Source: a bacterium
Lineage (GTDB): Archaea > Thermoplasmatota > E2 > JACPAO01 > JAHFTW01
Direction: 5' to 3'
Length of the DNA stretch: 64,000 nucleotides
Assembly (NCBI GenBank): GCA_040390065.1
Contig: JAZJZE010000009.1
Location: 224,001-288,000 of the forward strand
A program made the position numbers and the translations under genes. Shown one piece after another: positions 60,600 through 64,000 of the stretch. Position 1 is the first letter of the stretch, and each line of letters opens with the position of its first letter. The notes under the pieces were generated by a model. That model was not told where the DNA came from, did not search any database, and saw only the letters and a program-made list of their open reading frames with translations.

Positions 60600-61427
60600 T
60601 TAGCCGCTTGTGGGGGGCTCGGGCCATGCCTTCGAGGCCAGGCGGACCACGACGGCAGCCAGCAAGAGCCCGGCCAGCACATCCACGAGCCAATGGATGC
60701 CGAGGTACATGGTGGAGAAGACGATGGCTGCGGCGAGGGCGACCATGGTGACGCGGAAGGCCCGCGGCATCGGCCCCTGCCAGACGAGCGCCGCCAATGC
60801 CGTCGAGATGGCGGTGTGCAGGCTGGGGAAGCAGTTGTTGACGTCGTTGAAGGAGTAGAGATGCTGCCGCACGAGGGGATACGAGTTGACGATGTTCTCG
60901 ACGTGGGCGTTGTGCACCCAGACCTCGTCGACGGGGACGAAGAGATAGAACGGCAGCGCGGCGAGGAAGCACATGGCATAAGCCGCGAGGCTGCGCCGGG
61001 CGAGCCGGCCCTGGTCCATCCAGACGGGCAACACGATGCACGCGACGATGACGAAGGGGTAGCCCGCCACGTACACCGTCGTCAGGACTGGGCGCAGCCA
61101 CCCCCAGGAAAGATGCGACTGGAGCGCTTCGTGGAATCCACCCTCCAGGCCGGAGAGAAATGTCGTCGGGCCGGTCTGGACGGCCGCGGGCAGGTGCGCC
61201 GTCACCCACGGGTCAAGCTGCGATTCCACGACTTCGGGAATGAGCATGAGGAGCAGGCCGGCAATGACGAGGCCGTGCCGCGACAGGAGCCGCCCCCAGT
61301 ATGCGAGCGTCCAGAGGCGCCGGTCGTGGGGAAGGAAGACCGCTGCGCCGCCGATGGCGGAGGCGGGTAGGGCGACGAGCACGAGCAGGCCGACCGTCTG
61401 GAGCGCCCCGGCCAAGCCGTCAGCCAT
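60600..61427 (-). CDS. PAP2-superfamily membrane enzyme (AUR1/IPC-synthase-like)
   Basis: PFYLFVPV, NCFPSLHTA, STMYLGIHWLVDVLAG. Confidence 0.88.
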   Translation of the reverse strand: MADGLAGALQTVGLLVLVALPASAIGGAAVFLPHDRRLWTLAYWGRLLSRHGLVIAGLLLMLIPEVVESQLDPWVTAHLPAAVQTGPTTFLSGLEGGFHEALQSHLSWGWLRPVLTTVYVAGYPFVIVACIVLPVWMDQGRLARRSLAAYAMCFLAALPFYLFVPVDEVWVHNAHVENIVNSYPLVRQHLYSFNDVNNCFPSLHTAISTALAALVWQGPMPRAFRVTMVALAAAIVFSTMYLGIHWLVDVLAGLLLAAVVVRLASKAWPEPPTSG

Positions 61428-61525
61428 GGCGCGCCCCCATCACGGCCGAGCCACCGGCGTCCACATGACAAAAGGGTTCGGGTCCGCGGCGCAAGTCTCA
61501 AGCCCGTGGGGCATCTCGCGCGCCA

Positions 61526-63028
61526 ATGCGCCCAATCCCTCTGTTTCTCTCCGGTCTGCTGGTGGCCGTCGTCCTCGCGGGATGCACCGAATCGTCGACG
61601 CCGCCGACCTCCGGCCCGACGGCGCCAGCGGACACAATCGCGACGCTGCCCGGGTTCACGCCGCTGGCGCGCAGCCTCCTGCCGACGTTCGCGGCGCCGA
61701 CCCTCATCGACGATGTGCGGGCTGGCGGCGAACCCGTCATCGCGGTCACGCACAAGGGCACCATCCTCGTCGGCTCGCATCCTGGCTTCACGCACTACCA
61801 CCCCGGATCGGACCCCGCGGCGGTCACCGACCTCGTCGGTCCCTTCGGCGGCCAGTCGTACATCTTCCGCAGCACGGACAACGGCACGACCTGGCAGCCC
61901 ATCGGTGCTCCGATGGGAATGGGCATGGGCCCCCGCGGCGCCGGCTTCGGCGTGTCCGACCCGGAGTTCACCGTCATGGAAGACGGCACCATCTGCTTCA
62001 CCGACCTCGAAGCGCTCGCCGCCGCGAGCACGTCGTGCAGCATCGACGACGGCCAGACATGGCTCACGGCGAATCCCGCGTCGTCGGGCGGGCCCGTCGA
62101 CCGGCAGTGGCTGTCGTCGTACAAGGACGAATTCTACTTCACCGGCTCCGGCGCCAAGTTCCGCGCCAGCAAGGACCGGGGCGTCACCTGGGAGGACCGC
62201 GGCGACGAGGCATGCGGCTCCGATGTCGTCGCCAACCCGGCCAACGGGCACCTCTACCAATCCTGCGACGGTTACGCGATGGCGGTGTCGACGGACGGCG
62301 GCCGCTTGTGGAGCAGGCCCCTCGGCCCGAAGGACGCGCAAGGCTCCGGCCTGGCCCTCAACGAGCCAGCGGTCGACTCCGCCGGCAACGTCTGGCTCGC
62401 GTGGGCAGACAACGAGAAGACATTGCACCTGGCCGGGACCCCGGATGAGGGATCCACTTGGCCGTGGGAGCTCGACTTGACGCCGCACTTCCGGCTGTTC
62501 TCGGCGACGGCGAGCCACGCCGCAAGCGGCCTTGCCGGGCCATCGTTCTCCGGCAACATGACAGCGTACCCCGCGACCAACGGCACCTACGTCTGGCCCT
62601 GGGTCTCCGCCGGCTCCGCGGGCCGCCTCTCGGTGACCTGGATTGGCGCCTACGAGGAACAGCCCAGCGAATCGAACGATGGCCCTTGGTACACCTTCAC
62701 CGCGTTCGTCATCAACGCGACGTCGCCCCACCCCACAGTGGTCGTGTCGCAGTTGACTCCCACGCCAATGCACGACGGCCCCATCTGCCAAGGCGGCACC
62801 GGGTGCGAGGTGGGTTCCGTGCAGGGCGAGGCGGGCAGTGACCGGCGGCTGGGCGACTTCTTCGAGACGACCGTCGAACCCGGCACGGGATACCTGCTTG
62901 CGACGTGGTCGAACACCGCAGCGCACCCGAGCGACGTGATCGGCCACCCGCAGTTCGTCCGCCAGACGGGGGGCATCCGCCTCATCGCCGACGACGAGTT
63001 GGCACGCTTCCGGCCGACCCAAGGCTGA
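61526..63028 (+). CDS. Sialidase-like BNR/Asp-box beta-propeller lipoprotein
   Basis: Lipobox VLAGC; Asp boxes STDNGTTW, SIDDGQTW, SKDRGVTW, STDGGRLW, TPDEGSTW; DRQW motif. Confidence 0.85.
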   Translation: MRPIPLFLSGLLVAVVLAGCTESSTPPTSGPTAPADTIATLPGFTPLARSLLPTFAAPTLIDDVRAGGEPVIAVTHKGTILVGSHPGFTHYHPGSDPAAVTDLVGPFGGQSYIFRSTDNGTTWQPIGAPMGMGMGPRGAGFGVSDPEFTVMEDGTICFTDLEALAAASTSCSIDDGQTWLTANPASSGGPVDRQWLSSYKDEFYFTGSGAKFRASKDRGVTWEDRGDEACGSDVVANPANGHLYQSCDGYAMAVSTDGGRLWSRPLGPKDAQGSGLALNEPAVDSAGNVWLAWADNEKTLHLAGTPDEGSTWPWELDLTPHFRLFSATASHAASGLAGPSFSGNMTAYPATNGTYVWPWVSAGSAGRLSVTWIGAYEEQPSESNDGPWYTFTAFVINATSPHPTVVVSQLTPTPMHDGPICQGGTGCEVGSVQGEAGSDRRLGDFFETTVEPGTGYLLATWSNTAAHPSDVIGHPQFVRQTGGIRLIADDELARFRPTQG

Positions 63029-63102
63029 CGCCGGCAGGGGCGAACGGTATCTGCCAAACCATCCGCGACGGTCTAAAAGGCCGGGCCGGCTACTCATGTG
63101 AC

Positions 63103-64000
63103 ATGTCCGCCCGCAGGACCTTGCTTGCCCTCGTGTTCGTCGCCCTCCTGTCGGTACCGGCCACCCCCGTTGCCGCCAAGGAGGTGGCCTTCGGCCTGAA
63201 CGTCAACCTGGACCAGCAGGTCGTGCGCCCCGGCGGCGACCTCGGCGTAACGGTGTACGCCTACACGAACGGCCGCACCTCGTCGACGACTGCCGCCCTC
63301 GCCGTGAACCTGGAATCCATCGGCCCTGGCAGCGACTGGATGGCAAGCCCAAGCCTCGGCCGGGCGCGCTCGGACATCTCCGTCATGGATCCCGGGACGG
63401 ATTACGGCTGGAGCCACCACGTGGTCTGGGCCGGCATCCCGGCCGGAGTGTACCGCCTCGAAGCGCTGGAGGACGGCGACGTCCAGCAACGCCTGCTCGT
63501 GCAAGTGACCGACCTCGGCCTCGTCGTGCAGACCGCGGGACCCGAGCGCCTCGTCTGGGCCGTGAGCCTGGCAAGCGGCGAACCCGTTGCCGGCGCGCAG
63601 ATCCGCGGGGCGTCCACTTGGACGACTGGCGCCGACGGCGTCGCCGTCACCACCGGCACAGGCGACCTCTACGCCTCGAGCTCCATCGGCCCGGCCTACT
63701 ACACGTCCTCCGGCCAATGGTTCGCCGAACCGGCTGGCGCCTTCGACAACCGCATCCACGTCTACACAGACCGGCCGCTGTACCGGCCCGGCCAGACCGT
63801 ACACACGAAGGTCGTTGCCTGGCACGTGGGCCCCGACGGCCTCGTGCCCCTGCCCGGCGACGCCGTGAGCCTATCCGCATCAGTCTACCGCAACGGCCGA
63901 ATGGAGCGCGTCGCAAGCCTTGACGTGCCGCTCGACGCGTACGGCGCTGGCGAGGCCGACATCATCCTCGACGCGACCGCAGGACTCGGCACGTACGACC
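63103..64000 (+). CDS. Alpha-2-macroglobulin family protein, N-terminal part (runs off the window)
   Basis: Read by hand, absent from the ORF track because there is no stop. Signal peptide MSARRTLLALVFVALL, LVQVTDLGLVVQ...VWAVSLASGEPVAGAQI, and MG2 motif VYTDRPLYRPGQTVH. Confidence 0.85.
   Translation, partial: MSARRTLLALVFVALLSVPATPVAAKEVAFGLNVNLDQQVVRPGGDLGVTVYAYTNGRTSSTTAALAVNLESIGPGSDWMASPSLGRARSDISVMDPGTDYGWSHHVVWAGIPAGVYRLEALEDGDVQQRLLVQVTDLGLVVQTAGPERLVWAVSLASGEPVAGAQIRGASTWTTGADGVAVTTGTGDLYASSSIGPAYYTSSGQWFAEPAGAFDNRIHVYTDRPLYRPGQTVHTKVVAWHVGPDGLVPLPGDAVSLSASVYRNGRMERVASLDVPLDAYGAGEADIILDATAGLGTYD

Overview
This is a high-GC archaeal chromosomal segment, most consistent with Thermoplasmatota. 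The evidence is a PGF-CTERM protein, an archaeal-type TIM, a COG1709 regulator, DUF63, archaeal tRNAs, PolB2 and bacterial-type gyrase. Housekeeping genes include meaB with a stand-alone mutase B12 domain, gyrBA, smc-scpA-scpB, glpD, asnS, tpiA, rnr, ilvA and class I fba, interspersed with many surface proteins (PKD/TSP3, IgGFc-binding, BNR, alpha-2-macroglobulin). The most unusual region is 41.8-48.6 kb. There, a 342-bp perfect inverted repeat (41800-42141 / 46752-47093) brackets an arCOG07300-like gene and a PolB2 polymerase. The polymerase is split at the fingers tip into two genes, with a RelE-type TA pair, a VOC gene and a membrane gene in the split. Next to this block are two tandem SRAP/HMCES paralogues that both appear to carry Ala instead of the catalytic Cys2. 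Intergenic DNA also holds a dispersed ~95-bp hairpin repeat family with a compensatory base change, several 9-bp-periodic arrays, a duplicated palindrome at 27.8-28.1 kb, a 24-nt alternating purine-pyrimidine tract in the gyrB promoter, and a tRNA-Glu 3'-end duplication before a sulfur-metabolism cluster. All family assignments come from motif recognition by eye, and no database searches were run.
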